From Campylobacteraceae bacterium (lineage in GTDB: Bacteria; Campylobacterota; Campylobacteria; Campylobacterales; Campylobacteraceae): 61,350 nt of DNA. The notes under the pieces are model-generated. The model had not been told where the DNA came from, searched no databases, and was given only the letters and a program-made list of their open reading frames with translations. A program made the translations under genes and the position numbers. The first letter of the stretch is position 1. Each line of letters starts with the position of its first letter. The stretch covers positions 1 to 61,350 of the forward strand of contig JAIRNE010000010.1 of the NCBI GenBank assembly GCA_031258205.1. Direction: 5' to 3'. Shown piece by piece: positions 59,046 to 61,350 of the stretch.

Positions 59046-59708
59046 TTACAGCTTTAAAAGCCTTACCGCTCTCAAAAATCTATTGAGTCCCGCCTGCGCT
59101 TTTGCGTCTATATCGTAAGATAGAAGTTTTAGATACTCTTTTATATCATTCCCTAAAATACCGCGTTTTTGCGCGTAATCTTCCAAAATGTACTGCGGTA
59201 TAAAAATCTTTTGCTTTTTAAATTTATCGGCTGTTTTTTTAAAAAAACTATAGCGCTTATTGACGCTAAGTCTTGCAAAAACAAACGGCAGCCGCTCTTT
59301 TTCATACCACGCCGCGCCCATGTCTATATATTCGTTCGGATTTTCCAGATACAGTTTTAAAGCATTGTCGCCTATCGTAACCTTGCCCTCTATGCCAAGT
59401 ACTTTAGCAAGAGCGTTTGATGTGGCAGAGTGCGGATCTTTTGCGTAAACGCCTTTTTTAATGATGACGCTTTTAACTGCCTTTTTTGCCGCAATGCCCG
59501 AATTTATAGTGCGAAGAGATTTGTGAACGCTTGCGATACTGGAGATATAAGCGGCATGAATGCGGCGTTTTTTTAATCCCTCGTTTAATTTGGCAGGATA
59601 ACTTTTTTTATAAGCTATAGACTGTTTGAAAGAGTTTGGAAGCGGCGATTTTTTCAAAAATACATGAAACGGCAGCATATTTATATAGTCAATTTTTCCA
59701 AATATCAA
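59046..59708 (-). CDS. mqnA: Chorismate dehydratase MqnA (futalosine pathway)
   Basis: (L/M)IFGKIDYINMLPFHVFLK is a typical MqnA N-terminus. I prefer the TTG at 59708, which has AAGGA 7 nt upstream. The track extends to another TTG at 59780. Confidence 0.75.
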   Translation of the reverse strand: MIFGKIDYINMLPFHVFLKKSPLPNSFKQSIAYKKSYPAKLNEGLKKRRIHAAYISSIASVHKSLRTINSGIAAKKAVKSVIIKKGVYAKDPHSATSNALAKVLGIEGKVTIGDNALKLYLENPNEYIDMGAAWYEKERLPFVFARLSVNKRYSFFKKTADKFKKQKIFIPQYILEDYAQKRGILGNDIKEYLKLLSYDIDAKAQAGLNRFLRAVRLLKL

Positions 59709-59838
59709 GCTAAAATCCTTATAAATCAAATGGCATATTATACCGTTTAAGGCTAAAATTCCGCATATATATAAACTCAACTATTCTAAATAATATTTAT
59801 GATAAAATCGGTTTTTCAAATTAAAATTAGGAGAATTA

Positions 59839-60387
59839 ATGACAGCCATAAAAAATCAGGTTGTATCAATGTTTTATGAATTAAAAGATGCAGACGGAAA
59901 TCTGCTTGACACTAATATGAATAACGCTCCCCTCTCTTTTATAACAGGTAAAAATCAGATAATTCCCGGACTTGAGCGCGAAATAGCAAATATGAACCAA
60001 GGCGATACTTCGCATGTAGCCATAAAAGCGGCAGACGCTTACGGAGAGTACGACAGCAAATCAATTCAAACGCTTCCGATAGAACAGTTTGCGGGAATTA
60101 AACTCTCTAACGGAATGACGCTTTACGGTCAAGGCGAAGACGGCAATACTGTCCAAGCGCTCGTTAAAGAGTTTAACGAACAAGAAGTTACGATTGATTT
60201 TAACCACCCTTTAGCTGGAAAAGACCTCTATTTTAAAGTTGAGATAGCCGAGATTAGAGATGCCACTGAAGAGGAATTAGAAAACGGCTGCGCGGCTGGT
60301 TCGCATCAATGCTCATGCGGTTTAGATGATGATTGCTGCGGCGGAGAACATCATCACGAAAATGACGACTGCTGTGGCAAACACTAA
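59839..60387 (+). CDS. slyD: FKBP-type peptidyl-prolyl isomerase SlyD with a His/Cys-rich metal-binding tail
   Basis: An FKBP domain with an IF insertion (...GKNQIIPGLE...DFNHPLAGK.L.F.VEI). The tail is SHQCSCGLDDDCCGGEHHHENDDCCGKH. Confidence 0.88.
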   Translation: MTAIKNQVVSMFYELKDADGNLLDTNMNNAPLSFITGKNQIIPGLEREIANMNQGDTSHVAIKAADAYGEYDSKSIQTLPIEQFAGIKLSNGMTLYGQGEDGNTVQALVKEFNEQEVTIDFNHPLAGKDLYFKVEIAEIRDATEEELENGCAAGSHQCSCGLDDDCCGGEHHHENDDCCGKH

Positions 60388-61153
60388 CTTTATAGCAAAC
60401 TCCCGCGCCGCAAAAGAGGCGGGAAGGCTTGCAAACCTTCTAAAAAACCTCAACTTAAACGCCCTTATCGTTGGTGAAAGGGGAGTTGGCAAACTAACTT
60501 TAGCCTTAAATATATTAGATGCGAATGTTGTGGACGGCTCCGACTTAAATGCGGTTTTAAACGCTATTAGTTCAAATTCGGCGTTGATTATCCGCAATTT
60601 TCACAAGATAAGCAACTATATTATTTTAAAAGAGGCTTTATCAAAAGAGCCGACACGCATTATCGCAACCGCTTCCAAAAAGATTGACGAGAGTATAGCG
60701 GATACGTTTTTCGGACTTAAAATATCCATACCGCCGCTTAGCGAGAGACCCGAAGATATAAATGCTTTAGCGCAGAAGTTTTTAATAGACGCAAAAGAAC
60801 TTTTTATATCCGAGGCAGGCGATATTGATATTGATTTGGAAAAAATTCCTCTCAATTTAAGTCAAAACGCGTACTCTTTAAGGCAATCTGTTTATATCGC
60901 GTTTATATCGGCGCGGTTTAAGGAAAAAGATATTTTAAATCTGCTTGAAAAGTTCCTAATACAAAGACTTGGCAGCGGAGACGATTACCGAAAACTTTTA
61001 TATCTCTTTGATGTGCCGTTGTTAAAAGCGGGATTTAAAAAGTTTCGCTCTCAGCTTGCAATATCAAAAAATTTCGGTTTAAACAGAAATACTCTGCGCA
61101 AAAAAATATCCGAACTGCACCATTTTTTTAAAAGCGACGAGTATAAATTTTAA
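60362..61153 (+). CDS. Degenerate sigma-54-activator (AAA+)-like protein with a C-terminal Fis-type HTH
   Basis: A Walker-A-like LIVGERGVGKLTLA. ISIPPLSERPEDINALAQKF is a typical EBP sensor-II region. NFGLNRNTLRKKI is the HTH. I saw no GAFTGA or Walker B. The start is uncertain (60326, 60362 or GTG 60374) and overlaps the slyD end. Confidence 0.55.
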   Translation: MTTAVANTNFIANSRAAKEAGRLANLLKNLNLNALIVGERGVGKLTLALNILDANVVDGSDLNAVLNAISSNSALIIRNFHKISNYIILKEALSKEPTRIIATASKKIDESIADTFFGLKISIPPLSERPEDINALAQKFLIDAKELFISEAGDIDIDLEKIPLNLSQNAYSLRQSVYIAFISARFKEKDILNLLEKFLIQRLGSGDDYRKLLYLFDVPLLKAGFKKFRSQLAISKNFGLNRNTLRKKISELHHFFKSDEYKF

Positions 61154-61171
61154 CATTTCAGGATAACAATA

Positions 61172-61350
61172 ATGTCAAAAAACATATCATTTATTTTCCC
61201 CGGACAAGGTTCGCAAACACTCGGAATGGGGAAAGATTTTTACGAAAAAAGTCCTCTTGTTCGGGATATTTTTAAGTATGCTTCAAAAAGACTCAACATT
61301 GATATGCAATCTCTTCTGTTTGAAGAGAATGAAAATCTAAACGAAACGGA
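61172..61350 (+). CDS. fabD: Malonyl CoA-ACP transacylase, 5' fragment (runs off the window)
   Basis: MSKNISFIFPGQGSQTLGMGKDFYE is the canonical FabD N-terminus. Confidence 0.9.
   Translation, partial: MSKNISFIFPGQGSQTLGMGKDFYEKSPLVRDIFKYASKRLNIDMQSLLFEENENLNET

Overview
This 61 kb window looks like a chromosomal segment from a Campylobacter-like member of the Campylobacterota. The evidence is MOMP-type porins, the futalosine gene mqnA, and several gene blocks arranged as I recall them from C. jejuni: rpmB/rpe/dnaQ, uvrB..priA, lysA-pheA-hisC..dxs-perR, and dcd-accBC-Cj1289-like-gltX-malic enzyme-upp. I recognised about 55 protein genes, mostly housekeeping, and saw no rRNA, tRNA, CRISPR array, transposase or integrase. 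Four things are not ordinary core genome. (1) A dispersed family of about 160-170 bp MITE/REP-like elements has GTCATTGCGAG...GGCAATCCAG hairpin arms around AT-rich cores. It forms eight clusters, generates many spurious ORFs in the track, and brackets the accessory genes. (2) An accessory stretch of about 19 kb lies between priA and lysA (15.9-35.1 kb). It carries three type II toxin-antitoxin modules, a second MOMP porin paralog, and a 3284-aa Ig-repeat surface protein translationally coupled (ATGA overlap) to a 1287-aa predicted outer-membrane protein. (3) A tight three-gene cassette of a vWA protein, a PP2C-like phosphatase and a membrane-anchored Ser/Thr kinase with a TPR-like domain sits after perR at 40.98-44.65 kb. 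This matches the TerY-P-like triad, whose physiological role is not established, and it is my best candidate for an understudied system. (4) Smaller oddities are a low-complexity QTDNLT insertion in a SurA-like chaperone, a degenerate sigma-54-activator-like protein, and a triplicated N-terminal leader on the giant protein. All functional calls come from reading motifs in the translations. No database search was run.
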